64,000 bases of DNA from Alphaproteobacteria bacterium. GTDB lineage: Bacteria > Pseudomonadota > Alphaproteobacteria > UBA6615. The stretch is taken from contig JBFWVF010000005.1 of assembly GCA_050246875.1 (NCBI GenBank), positions 192,212 to 256,211 on the forward strand, given 5' to 3'. Under the pieces are notes generated by a model. The model worked only from the letters and a program-made list of their open reading frames with translations, was not told where the DNA came from and did no database searches. Positions 21,309 through 30,398 of the stretch are shown here, in pieces. Position 1 is the first letter of the stretch, and every line of letters begins with the position of its first letter. Made by a program: the position numbers and the translations under genes.

Positions 21309-22924
21309 GCTTCGGCCGCCGGCAACCCGGCGCGGCACCGCCGGAGGAGCCGGCCGCGTCCGTCGTCACCATCGGGCCTTGGCGCGACGATGCCATCCGC
21401 CCGGAGGTGCAGGGCGAGGCGACCGAAGTACTGACCGCGACGGCGCTCGAAGCCGTGCGCGAGGCGGCCGGCGACGCGATTCCGGCCGGCACCGCGCTGC
21501 AGCTCGGCCGCGCCGAGGTGGCGCGCCGGGTCGAGGCGGTGGCCGTCGAATGCCTCGGCGACGCCTTCTTCCGCCTGCATCCGCTGGAGCGCCAGAAGCT
21601 GGTGGCGCTGGTGGCAACCGAGCGGCTGGTGGCGCCGGCCGCCGAGGGCGAGGGGAAGGCCGCGCCGAGCGGTCTCGACGTCGCCCGCGCCAGGGTGCAG
21701 CCGGTGCTGGTCGAGCGCATCGACGCCACGGCGGCGCTGCAGGTGCCGCGCGAGGCCCTGCAGCGCGAGGTCGCCGGCATCGTCGACGAGATCCTTGCCG
21801 AGCAGGGCCTGCGCCTCAACGCCGCCGAGCGGCGCGCCCTCGTCGCCACCATGCTCGACGAGATGCTCGGCTTCGGCCCGCTCGAACCGTTGCTTGCCGA
21901 CGACAGCGTTACCGACATCCTCGTCAACGGCGCCGGCAAGGTCTGGGTCGAACGGGCCGGCAAGCTCGAACTCACCCCGGTGCGCTTCCGCGACGACCGC
22001 CATGTGATGAACATCGCCCAGCGCATCGTCAGCGGCGTCGGCCGCCGCATCGACGAGACGACGCCGCTGGCCGACGCCCGCCTGCCGGACGGCTCGCGGG
22101 TCAACATCGTCATCCCCCCGCTGGCCATCGACGGCCCCTCGATCTCCATCCGCAAGTTCGCCAAGCGGAAGATCACGCTGGAGGTCATGGAGCGGCAGGC
22201 CAACCTGTCGGCCGCGATGGGCGCCGTGCTGCGGATCGCCGCGCGGGCCCGCCTCAACATCCTGATTTCCGGCGGCACCGGCTCGGGCAAGACGACGCTG
22301 CTCAACGCCCTGTCGCGGCTGATCGACGCCGGCGAGCGCATCGTCACCATCGAGGATGCCGCCGAGCTGCAGCTGCAGCAGCCGCATGTTGTCCGGCTCG
22401 AAACCCGGCCGGCCAACCTTGAAGGGCAGAACGCCATCGGCATGCGCGAGCTGGTGAAGAACGCGCTTCGCATGCGTCCCGACCGCATCATTCTGGGCGA
22501 GGTGCGCGGCAGCGAGGCCGTCGACATGCTGCAGGCGATGAACACGGGCCACGAAGGCTCGATGTGCACCGTCCACGCCAACCGCCCGCGCGAGGCGCTG
22601 ACGCGGTTGGAGAACATGGTCGGCCTCGCCGGCATCAACCTGCCGGCACGCGCCGTCCGCACACAGATCGCCGCCGCCGTCGACCTCGTCGTGCAGGTCT
22701 CGCGCATGCGCGACGGCGTGCGCCGCATCACCCACATCGTCGAGGTCGTCGGCATGGAGGGCGAGGTGGTGACGACGCAGGACCTGTTCGTCTGGGAGCA
22801 CGAGGGCGAGGACAGCGCCGGCCGGCTCACCGGACGCTGGACGGCGACCGGCGTGCGCCCGCACTTCACGCCGAAGGCGGCCTATTTCGGCCTTGAGCGC
22901 GCGCTGCAGGAGGCGATGCGATGA
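21305..22924 (+). CDS. cpaF: Tad secretion ATPase CpaF/TadA (type II/IV secretion NTPase)
   Basis: Walker A ILISGGTGSGKTTLLNAL, Asp/His boxes, 539 aa. GTG start overlapping cpaE stop. Confidence 0.9.
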   Translation: MSFGRRQPGAAPPEEPAASVVTIGPWRDDAIRPEVQGEATEVLTATALEAVREAAGDAIPAGTALQLGRAEVARRVEAVAVECLGDAFFRLHPLERQKLVALVATERLVAPAAEGEGKAAPSGLDVARARVQPVLVERIDATAALQVPREALQREVAGIVDEILAEQGLRLNAAERRALVATMLDEMLGFGPLEPLLADDSVTDILVNGAGKVWVERAGKLELTPVRFRDDRHVMNIAQRIVSGVGRRIDETTPLADARLPDGSRVNIVIPPLAIDGPSISIRKFAKRKITLEVMERQANLSAAMGAVLRIAARARLNILISGGTGSGKTTLLNALSRLIDAGERIVTIEDAAELQLQQPHVVRLETRPANLEGQNAIGMRELVKNALRMRPDRIILGEVRGSEAVDMLQAMNTGHEGSMCTVHANRPREALTRLENMVGLAGINLPARAVRTQIAAAVDLVVQVSRMRDGVRRITHIVEVVGMEGEVVTTQDLFVWEHEGEDSAGRLTGRWTATGVRPHFTPKAAYFGLERALQEAMR

Positions 22925-23904
22925 ACGGCGCCGATCCCGCCCTGCTCGCCGCGGCCGCCGCTGTCCTTGCCGCCGTCGCCGTGCTTGCCGGCGGATTGGC
23001 GTTCGCCGGCGGCGACCGGGCACGCCTGCGCCGCCGCCTCGCCGCCGTCGCCGCGCGCCGCACGGCACCCGTCGGCGCCGCCGCGACGGCGACCGTCCGC
23101 CGCGAGGGCGCGGGGGAGGGGACCCTCGAACGTCTGGCCGTCCGCCTGCTGCCGCGCCCGGCGCTGCTGCGCCAGCGCCTGACGCGGGCCGGCCTCGCCG
23201 GCGGCGCCGGCCGCTACCTGCTGTTCGTCCTCCTCGCCGCCGCCGTCGCCTTCCTCGCGCTGGCCGGTCTGCTGCGACTGCCGCCGCTCGTCTGCGGCCT
23301 CGCTGCGGTCGCCGCCGGGCTGCTGCTGCCGCACCTCGCCGTCGGCTGGCTCGTCCTGCGCCGCCGCGCCGCCTTCACGGCGGCCTTCCCCGAGGCCATC
23401 GAGCTGATCGTGCGCGGCCTCAAGTCGGGCCTGCCGGTCAGCGAGTCGATCCGCGCTGTGGGCAACGAGTTCGCCGCCCCGGTCGGCGAGGAGTTTCGCC
23501 GCATCGCCGACGTGCAGGCGGTCGGGCGGACGCTCGAGGAGGCATTGTGGGAGGCGGCCCCGCGCATCGACACGGCCGAGTTCCGCTTCTTCGTCGTCGC
23601 GCTGTCGGTGCAGCGCGAGACCGGCGGCAATCTCGGCGAGACGCTGGCCAACCTCGCCGACGTGCTGCGCCGCCGCCGCCAGATGAAACAGAAGATCAGG
23701 GCCATGGCTTCGGAGCCGAAGGCCAGCGCATGGATCCTCGGCAGCCTGCCCTTCGTCATGGCCGGCCTCATCTGGGCGGTGAACGCCGGCTATGTCGCGA
23801 CGCTTCTCGACGACCCGCGCGGCGCCAAGCTGATCGCGGCGGGCCTCGTCAGCCAGGCCATCGGCGTGGCGATCATGGCCCGCATGGTCCGGTTCGAGAT
23901 ATGA
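22921..23904 (+). CDS. tadB: Flp pilus assembly inner-membrane protein TadB
   Basis: GspF/TadB-like polytopic protein, 327 aa, ATGA overlap with cpaF. Confidence 0.85.
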   Translation: MNGADPALLAAAAAVLAAVAVLAGGLAFAGGDRARLRRRLAAVAARRTAPVGAAATATVRREGAGEGTLERLAVRLLPRPALLRQRLTRAGLAGGAGRYLLFVLLAAAVAFLALAGLLRLPPLVCGLAAVAAGLLLPHLAVGWLVLRRRAAFTAAFPEAIELIVRGLKSGLPVSESIRAVGNEFAAPVGEEFRRIADVQAVGRTLEEALWEAAPRIDTAEFRFFVVALSVQRETGGNLGETLANLADVLRRRRQMKQKIRAMASEPKASAWILGSLPFVMAGLIWAVNAGYVATLLDDPRGAKLIAAGLVSQAIGVAIMARMVRFEI

Positions 23905-23961
23905 GCGCGGCGTCCGGCGGTCTGGCGTCGTCGCTCCTGGGCAGGGCGGGCGTGCCGGTAA

Positions 23962-24084
23962 CGCCCCCACCTCACCCCGGCCCTCTCCCCCCCCAAAAGG
24001 GGGGCGGAGAGGGAGCATCCCTGACGCTCCTTCCCCTTACCCTCTCCGCCCTCGGGGGCGGAGAGGGCAGGGAGAGGTGGGGGA
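23962..24084. repeat. REP-like nested palindromic element between tadB and tadC
   Basis: Outer 10-bp arms CCCCCACCTC…GAGGTGGGGG enclose two hairpins: CCCTCTCCCCCCCCaaaaGGGGGGGCGGAGAGGG (imperfect) and CCCTCTCCGCCCtcgGGGCGGAGAGGG (perfect 12-bp stem). Confidence 0.8.
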
Positions 24085-25087
24085 CGCCGCCGACGCGACG
24101 GATCCGGCCGTGAACCCGGCCGACTACATCCCCGAGCTGACGCCGGAGGCGCTGGTCGTCTGGCTCGCCGCGCTGGCGGCGGCCTGTGGCGTGCTGGCGA
24201 CGTGGAGCGTCCTGCTCGCCGCGCCGCCGCGTGTGCGCCGTCTGGCCGCCCTCGTCCGGCGGCGTGAACGGCTCGCCGGCGCCGCCGTGCTGCCGCGGCG
24301 GCACAGGCTGCGCGCCACCGGCCTCGGCGTCGCCGGGCGCATCGTGCAGCGGCTGCGCCTGCTGCAATCGTCGCAGGCGCGGCGCACCGCGCTTAAACTT
24401 GCCGCCGCTGGCTGGCGCGGCCGAGACGCGATGGCCGTCTATCTCGTCGCCAAGCTGGTCGGCCCAACGCTCGCCGGCAGCGCCGCCGCCGTCGTCGTAT
24501 GGGTGCTGCAGCCGTGGCCGATGCCGCCACTGGCCAAGCTGATGGTCGTGCTGGCGGCGCTGCTGCTCGGCGCCTTCGCGCCCGACGTGGTCGTCGCCAA
24601 CGCCACCCAGCGTCGCCGCCAGCAGTTGCAGAAGACGCTGCCCGACGGCCTCGACCTGCTGGTGATCTGCGCCGAGGCCGGGCTGGCGCTCGACGCCGCG
24701 CTGGCCCGCGTCGGCCGCGAGCTGGCGGCCTCGGCGCCGGAACTCGCCGACGAGATCGCGCTCACGGCGGTCGAGCTTGGCTTCCTGCCGGACCGCCGCG
24801 ATGCGCTGCAGGGCCTCGCCCGCCGCACCGGCGTCGCCGGGCTGCGCGCGCTGGTTGCCACCCTGCTGCAGACCGAGCGCTACGGCACGCCGCTCGCCCA
24901 GGCGCTGCGCGTGCTGTCGGCGGAGATGCGGACCACGCGGCTGCTGGCGGCGGAGGAGAAGGCAGCGCGGCTGCCGGCCACCCTGACCGTGCCGATGATC
25001 CTGTTCATCCTGCCGGCGCTGTTCGTCGTGCTGATCGGCCCCGGCGCGCTGCGGACCATCGACGCGCTGCGGGGGATCGAGTTTTGA
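24077..25087 (+). CDS. tadC: Flp pilus assembly inner-membrane protein TadC
   Basis: GspF-like membrane protein …MAVYLVAKLVGP…, …LDLLVICAEAGLALDAALARV…. GTG start at 24077 lies inside the right arm of the palindromic element, so the true start may be a downstream GTG (e.g. ~24111). Confidence 0.75.
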   Translation: MGDAADATDPAVNPADYIPELTPEALVVWLAALAAACGVLATWSVLLAAPPRVRRLAALVRRRERLAGAAVLPRRHRLRATGLGVAGRIVQRLRLLQSSQARRTALKLAAAGWRGRDAMAVYLVAKLVGPTLAGSAAAVVVWVLQPWPMPPLAKLMVVLAALLLGAFAPDVVVANATQRRRQQLQKTLPDGLDLLVICAEAGLALDAALARVGRELAASAPELADEIALTAVELGFLPDRRDALQGLARRTGVAGLRALVATLLQTERYGTPLAQALRVLSAEMRTTRLLAAEEKAARLPATLTVPMILFILPALFVVLIGPGALRTIDALRGIEF

Positions 25088-25098
25088 GCGCGCGCCGC

Positions 25099-25899
25099 CT
25101 AGCGTTGCGCGCCCAGCGCCCCGACCGCGGCGACGCGGTCGGCGTGGCTGGGCAGGCCGCGGATGACGTCGGCGGCGGCGAGGTTCTCGCGTACCGCCGC
25201 GTCGTCGAGGTCGACGCGGGCAAGCCGCGCCGCCCGTTCGCCGTCGCCGCCCAGCGCATAGACCAGCGACAGGTTCTGGCGCTGGCGCGGGCCGGCGCCC
25301 GGTCGCGCCAGCGCCGCCTCGAGCAGGCGGGAGGCCTCGGCGTAGCGGCCGGCGACCGCCAGCGACAGCGCGAGGTTGGTGGCGAGGCGGGGATCCTCCG
25401 GCGCCAGGGCGAGGCCGGCGCGGTACGCCGTCTCGGCGTTGCCGGCCTCGCCGAGCATGTCGCGGGCGACGCCGAGCTGGTTCCACAGGCCGGGCGAGGG
25501 CGCCTTCGTGAGGGCCGTCTCGAGCATCGGCACCGCGTGCTGCGGCTGGCCGGCGGCGAGGTAGGCGCCGGCGCGGCCGGCGATGATCGCCGGATCGCCG
25601 GGCGCCAGCCGGGCCGCCTCGCTCCAGGCGTCGAGCGCCTCGCCGGTGGCGCCGGCCTGCATCAGGGCGCGGGCGAGGCCGGCGAGCGGGGCGGCGTTCT
25701 CGGGCGCCAGCACATGGGCGCGGCGCCACAGCGGAATGGCGGCGCCGGGGTTGCCGCTGGCCTGGGTCGTTTCTGCCAGCCGCATCAGCGTCGCCGCGTC
25801 GGCCGCCGGATCGGCGCCGGAGACGTGGCCGGCGCCGGCGCAGGCGGACAGCGCCAGCGCGGCGGCGAGGGCGAGGGCAGGGTGGCGGGAGCGGGGCAT
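25099..25899 (-). CDS. tadD: TPR-repeat lipoprotein TadD
   Basis: Lipobox LALSAC, tandem TPR repeats; encoded on the opposite strand, convergent with tadC. Confidence 0.7.
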   Translation of the reverse strand: MPRSRHPALALAAALALSACAGAGHVSGADPAADAATLMRLAETTQASGNPGAAIPLWRRAHVLAPENAAPLAGLARALMQAGATGEALDAWSEAARLAPGDPAIIAGRAGAYLAAGQPQHAVPMLETALTKAPSPGLWNQLGVARDMLGEAGNAETAYRAGLALAPEDPRLATNLALSLAVAGRYAEASRLLEAALARPGAGPRQRQNLSLVYALGGDGERAARLARVDLDDAAVRENLAAADVIRGLPSHADRVAAVGALGAQR

Positions 25900-25966
25900 G
25901 ACGGGGCATCCGGGCTGGCGGGCAGGCGGCGATCCTCCGTCATGCCGGTCAAGGACGCGTAAACAG

Positions 25967-26560
25967 ATGATACAATTGCATAATCTTGCATTTTACCGGC
26001 TTGTGGCCGACCGTCGCGGCGGGCCGAGCGTGGAGTTCGCGCTGGTCCTGCCGGTGCTGCTGGTCCTGCTGCTCGGCATCGTCGAGAGCGGCCGCGTGCT
26101 CGCCGCCTCGGCCTTGCTCGACGGGGCGGTGCGCGAGGCGGCGCGGCGCGGTATCACCGGCATGGCCGGAGCCGCCGACCAGGCGGCGATCCGGGCGCTG
26201 GTGGCGGCGCGGACGGCCGGCCTCGTCGTCGGCCCCGACACCACGGTGGCGACACTCATCTACCCGCGCTTCGCCGACGTCGGATTGCCGGAACCGTTTA
26301 CCGATGCCGCCCCGTTCAACGGCGTCTGGGACGAGGGCGAGGACTTCGACGACCTCAACGGCAACGGCGCCTGGGACGCCGATCGCGGCCGTCCCGGCGG
26401 CGGCGCGCCGGGGGAGGTTGTCGTCTACACGGTGAACGCGGAGCTGCGGAGCCTCACCGGCTTCGTCGACCGTCTGCTGGCGCCGTCCGGGCGCTTCCGC
26501 CTGTCGGCGTCGATCGCCGTACGCAACGAACCCTTCGACGACGATGCGGCGGGCGGGTGA
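25967..26560 (+). CDS. tadE: TadE/TadF-like pseudopilin
   Basis: TadE-like N-terminus …GGPSVEFALVLPVLLVLLLGIVESGRVLAA…. Start set at the internal ATG (MIQLHNL) of the 25583..26560 ORF. Confidence 0.75.
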   Translation: MIQLHNLAFYRLVADRRGGPSVEFALVLPVLLVLLLGIVESGRVLAASALLDGAVREAARRGITGMAGAADQAAIRALVAARTAGLVVGPDTTVATLIYPRFADVGLPEPFTDAAPFNGVWDEGEDFDDLNGNGAWDADRGRPGGGAPGEVVVYTVNAELRSLTGFVDRLLAPSGRFRLSASIAVRNEPFDDDAAGG

Positions 26561-27141
26561 TGGGCGTGTATTCGATGCAGTTTTTCAGGGCCTTGGCGAA
26601 CCTCGTTCGTTTGCCACGCGAATCGGGCGGTTCGGTGCTGGTCGAGTTCGCGATGGCGGTTCCGGTATTCGTCGGCCTCCTGCTGGGCGGCATCGAAGTC
26701 GCCCGCTATGCCCTTGCCGTGCAAAAGCTCGACCGTGTCGCTGCCAGCGTCGCCGACCTCGTGGCGCGGCTCGACGGCGTCACGACGGCCGACCTCGACG
26801 ATGTCTTCGCCGCCGCGCGCCTCGTCGCGGCGCCGCTCGACATGGCCGGGCGGGGCAGGGTGATCGTCTCGGCCATCGCCGACACGGGGACCGGCGACCG
26901 GGTCCACTGGCAGCGCCTCGACGGCGGCGCCCTGACGGCGGCGAGCAGCGTCGGCGTCGCGGGCGGCTTCGCCAGCGTTCCCGGCGCCATCACCATTCCC
27001 GACGGCGAGAGCATCGTCGTCGCCGAAGTCGTCTACGCCTGGTCGCCGCTGCTGGTGCCGTGGCTCGGCGGCGAGCGCACCCTGCGGCAGCGCGCCGTCC
27101 ACCGTCCGCGCCTCGTGCGCGTCCTCGACTTAACGCCTTGA
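26557..27141 (+). CDS. tadF: TadE/TadF-like pseudopilin (second copy)
   Basis: …SGGSVLVEFAMAVPVFVGLLLGGIEVARYALA… TadE-like N-terminus; GTGATG overlap with preceding gene. Confidence 0.7.
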   Translation: MMGVYSMQFFRALANLVRLPRESGGSVLVEFAMAVPVFVGLLLGGIEVARYALAVQKLDRVAASVADLVARLDGVTTADLDDVFAAARLVAAPLDMAGRGRVIVSAIADTGTGDRVHWQRLDGGALTAASSVGVAGGFASVPGAITIPDGESIVVAEVVYAWSPLLVPWLGGERTLRQRAVHRPRLVRVLDLTP

Positions 27142-27159
27142 AAACCGGGAGGTTGCAGA

Positions 27160-27714
27160 ATGACTGCCGATATCCGTACCCTCGACGCCGCGCGCGCCGC
27201 CCGGACGCCGGCGCCCGCCGGGGCAGTCCCGTCCGCCGGAGTGGCCGAGATTTCCACCTACGAAGAGGTCACGCGGCTGGTCGAGCGGCTCCACCGCCGC
27301 TACCTCGACGTCATCCGCACCGAACTGTCTCGCCTCGGCGTCGACGATCTCAACGCCGTGCAGGCGCTGCTGCTGGTCAATGTCGGACGCAACGAGGTGG
27401 CCATCAAGGACCTCGTGGAGCGCGGCTACTATGTCGGCTCCAACATCACCTATAACGTGAGAAATCTCTCGGAAACAGGTTATATCGTTCAGAATCGATC
27501 GGAGCGGGACCGCCGCTCGGTGCGCATCGCCCTGACCGCCAAGGGCCTCGCCATCTACGACCACCTGCTGGCCATGGAGCAACGCCACGCCGCCGCCCTC
27601 GACGGGCGCGCCGGCGACGCCGAAGGCACGGCGGCACGCGGCCTGTTGCGGACGCTCGAGCGCATCTGGTCCGACAGCATCAACTACGGGCCGGGAGTCG
27701 GCGAGGGCGGGTAG
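27160..27714 (+). CDS. MarR-family transcriptional regulator
   Basis: Winged-HTH region …LLLVNVGRNEVAIKDLVERGYYVGSNITYNVRNLSETGYIVQNRSERDRRSVRIALTAKG…. Only 18 bp downstream of tadF with RBS GGGAGG. Confidence 0.7.
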   Translation: MTADIRTLDAARAARTPAPAGAVPSAGVAEISTYEEVTRLVERLHRRYLDVIRTELSRLGVDDLNAVQALLLVNVGRNEVAIKDLVERGYYVGSNITYNVRNLSETGYIVQNRSERDRRSVRIALTAKGLAIYDHLLAMEQRHAAALDGRAGDAEGTAARGLLRTLERIWSDSINYGPGVGEGG

Positions 27715-27723
27715 GCGCCGGCC

Positions 27724-28131
27724 TCAGCCGCCGAACAGGCCGATCACGAGGCCCTGGACCAGCAGCACGCCGAGCCAGTGCAGGCCGTCGACCAGCGTCA
27801 GCAGCCGGCTGGCACCCTGGAAGCTGTGATTGACGGCCATCGTCGTCAGCACGAGGCCGAACCACAGGATGGCGCCGGAAATCAGCCCGTTGAGCGGCGT
27901 CACGTTGCCCGGGCCGAGATGGCCGAGGGCACCGGCCAGCACCGTCGCCATGACCGCCTGGGCGACGATGGCGACGACGAACGGCATCGCTCCGCCGGGC
28001 AACTGCGCTTTGGTCTTGCCGATGGCGGCGAGCCATTGCCGCGACAGCGTCGAGTACCAGACCGCGCCGAAGGCGAAGCCGGCGATGGCGGCGACGAGGA
28101 CGGCGAAATAGTTCACTCCGGCGAAGGCCAT
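27724..28131 (-). CDS. DUF1761-family membrane protein
   Basis: 135 aa, 4 TM helices, MAFAGVNYFAVLVAAIAGFAFGAVWY… typical of DUF1761. Start set at the internal ATG of the 27724..28467 ORF. Confidence 0.6.
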   Translation of the reverse strand: MAFAGVNYFAVLVAAIAGFAFGAVWYSTLSRQWLAAIGKTKAQLPGGAMPFVVAIVAQAVMATVLAGALGHLGPGNVTPLNGLISGAILWFGLVLTTMAVNHSFQGASRLLTLVDGLHWLGVLLVQGLVIGLFGG

Positions 28132-28204
28132 GGGGCGGGGCTCCGATTGATTCGCATAATGTATATTATGGGAAATTATATCGATGTCGCGAGTCCCGGG
28201 ACGT

Positions 28205-28876
28205 TCAGTGCGTTGTGGCGCTTTCCGGCGCCTCTGCGCCCTGGCCCAGCGAGATCCTGCCGGCGCACCAGGCGTCGACCACCGGCGCCAGCTCGTCATA
28301 CGGCGTGCAGCCGACGGTGAGCAGCCCGAAGCGGTCGTCCTCGCGCACGACGACGGTCGGAAAGCCGGTGACGCCGGCGCGGTGGCACCACTGGAAGTCG
28401 CCGAGCGCCGCCGACCGGGCCGCCCGGTCGTCGAACTGCGCGCGGAAATCGTCGCGTCCGATGCCATGCTCGGCGGCGATGTCGGCCAGCACGGCCGCGT
28501 CCGTCACGTCGCGGTTGCCGGCATGGAAGCCGTGGTGCAGGCCTTCGTAGAAGTCCCACATGCGGTCGGGCCAGTGCTGACGGACGACCACGGCGGCGCG
28601 GCACGCCGGCTCGCTGTCGAAGACGAAACCGGGCCGGTCGAAGAAGCGCGGGTCGAAAGGCTGGCCGGTGGCGCGGTTGACGTCGTCCCAGTGCTTGCGC
28701 ACGGCCGCGCGGCGGGCGTCGTCCATCGGCGCGGTCTCGAAGGCGCGCATGCCGCCGAGGACCAGCGCCATCGGCGCTGCGGCGCCGAACTCCTCGCGCA
28801 GGCGCTTCAGCGTGGGCGCGAAGCCCCAGCACCACGAGCACATCGGGTCGCCGATGTAGATGATCTGCCGTTCCAT
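28205..28876 (-). CDS. DsbA-family thiol:disulfide oxidoreductase-like protein
   Basis: N-terminal CxxC active site IYIGDPMCSWCWGF, thioredoxin fold; 223 aa. Confidence 0.75.
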   Translation of the reverse strand: MERQIIYIGDPMCSWCWGFAPTLKRLREEFGAAAPMALVLGGMRAFETAPMDDARRAAVRKHWDDVNRATGQPFDPRFFDRPGFVFDSEPACRAAVVVRQHWPDRMWDFYEGLHHGFHAGNRDVTDAAVLADIAAEHGIGRDDFRAQFDDRAARSAALGDFQWCHRAGVTGFPTVVVREDDRFGLLTVGCTPYDELAPVVDAWCAGRISLGQGAEAPESATTH

Positions 28877-29005
28877 CCCCGCCCTTCCCGTCCGGTTCGC
28901 GGTGTCCGCAGTGTAACGCATGACGGCGGGAGTCCGCCGTCACACGTCTATGAGCGGACCGGCACAGCCTGCGATACTGCCGCGTCGCAGGCAGCGGAGG
29001 CAGCC

Positions 29006-29620
29006 ATGGCCGACGACGGCGTCACCATCGTCACCTACATCGAGGTCGCGGCGTCGGCCGCCGGCCGCGCGCACGATCTGGCGGCGGCCTACCGCCATGC
29101 CGCCCGCGGCGAGCCGGGCGCGCGCGACGTGGAGGCCCTGCAGCGCCTCGGCCGGCCGGGCCATTTCGTGCTGGTGGAGACCTGGCGGGCCGAGACCGAC
29201 TGGCGGGCCCACGCCGCCGACACCGTCACGCAGAGCTTCCGCAACGGCCTCGAGACCGCGCGGCTGGCCCCCGACGACGAGCGCCTGCACCACGCGCTGT
29301 CGGCCGGCCCGTCGGGCGTGCCGGGCAGCGGCGCCGTTTGCGCCGTCACCCATGTTGACGTGATTCCGCCGCGCAAGGACGACGGCACGGCGCTGGTGGC
29401 GGCGCTGGCCGTGGCGGGACGGCGGGCGCCGGGCAATCTGCGCTTCGATGCCTGGACCCAGACGTCACGGCCGAACCACATGACACTGGTCGAGTTCTGG
29501 GCCTCGCCGGCCGAATTCGAGGCCTGGTCGGCGGGCGAACCGATGCGCGCCTTCCGCGCCGCGCTGGCGCCGATGAGCGGCGCGCTGTTCGACCAGCGTC
29601 TCTACCGCGCCATCGGCTGA
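29006..29620 (+). CDS. Antibiotic-biosynthesis-monooxygenase (ABM) domain protein, tandem ABM repeats
   Basis: Two ABM-like halves (…VTIVTYIEVAASAA…HFVLVETWRAETDWRAH… and …CAVTHVDVIPPRKDD…MTLVEFWASPAEFEAW…). Upstream 274 codons of the listed ORF are antisense to the dsbA-like gene and rejected. Confidence 0.65.
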   Translation: MADDGVTIVTYIEVAASAAGRAHDLAAAYRHAARGEPGARDVEALQRLGRPGHFVLVETWRAETDWRAHAADTVTQSFRNGLETARLAPDDERLHHALSAGPSGVPGSGAVCAVTHVDVIPPRKDDGTALVAALAVAGRRAPGNLRFDAWTQTSRPNHMTLVEFWASPAEFEAWSAGEPMRAFRAALAPMSGALFDQRLYRAIG

Positions 29621-29627
29621 GCCGGGC

Positions 29628-30398
29628 TCAGACCTCGATCGCCATGCCGTCATAGGCCGGCTCGACGCCGTCCGGCAGGCGCGCGCGCAGCGCCGCGTAG
29701 TCGAGCCGGAAGCCCATATGCGTCAGCACGGCCCGGCGCGGCCGCACGCGGGCGATCCAGTCGAGCGTGCGTTCGACGTGCGAGTGGGTCGGGTGCGGAC
29801 TGTCCGAAAGGCAGTCGACCATCCAGGTGTCGACGCCGCGCAGGGCGTCGAAGGCGTCCTCGGGCAGGCCGGCGGCGTCCGTCGAGTACGCGAACGGCCC
29901 GAAACGGAAGCCGAGCGTCGGCATGCGGCCATGCTCCTGGCGGAACGGCACGACGTCCAGTTCGCCGACGCTGAACGGCCCGGTGATCTCGCGCGGTGTC
30001 ACGCATGGCCGCCAGAAGGTTGGTGGCGTACTGCGATAGGGCTCGAAGACATAGGCGAAGCGCTGGGCGAGGATGTCGAGCGTCGCCCGCTCGGCCCAGC
30101 CGTCCAGCGCGCCGCCGCCGTAGTAGTTGAGCGAGCGGATGTCGTCGATGCCGTTGACGTGGTCGGCATGGGCGTGGGTGAACAGCACCGCGTCCACCTT
30201 CCAGATGCCGGAATCGAGGAGTTGCACGCGCAGATCGGGCGAGGTGTCGACCAGCACCCGCGTCCCGCCTCTTTCGACGACGATCGAGGCACGGCGGCGA
30301 TGGTTCTTCGGCTCGGTCGGGTCGCACGCGCCCCAGCCATCGGGCCCGACGGCCGGCACGCCGGTCGACGGCCCGCAGCCGAGCACCGTCACGCGCAC
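29628..30398 (-). CDS. MBL-fold metallo-hydrolase (PhnP/YcbL-like)
   Basis: MRVTVLGCGPSTGVP… and HxHxDH motif FTHAHADHVNGIDD. Confidence 0.8.
   Translation of the reverse strand: MRVTVLGCGPSTGVPAVGPDGWGACDPTEPKNHRRRASIVVERGGTRVLVDTSPDLRVQLLDSGIWKVDAVLFTHAHADHVNGIDDIRSLNYYGGGALDGWAERATLDILAQRFAYVFEPYRSTPPTFWRPCVTPREITGPFSVGELDVVPFRQEHGRMPTLGFRFGPFAYSTDAAGLPEDAFDALRGVDTWMVDCLSDSPHPTHSHVERTLDWIARVRPRRAVLTHMGFRLDYAALRARLPDGVEPAYDGMAIEV

Noticed and set aside
22893-24113. 406-aa ORF running through tadB alternative frame and the palindromic element
   Set aside because: Arg-rich low complexity. It is kept open by the GC-rich repeat and conflicts with tadB.
27453-27507. Low-GC stretch inside marR
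   Set aside because: Encodes the MarR wing/recognition helix (YNVRNLSETGYIVQNRSERD), where AT-rich codons for Asn/Ile/Tyr/Glu explain the local dip; not an insertion.
28184-29005. N-terminal 274 codons of ORF 28184..29620
   Set aside because: Antisense to the dsbA-like gene. The real ABM protein starts at the internal ATG 29006 (MADDGVTIV), preceded by a plausible promoter gap.
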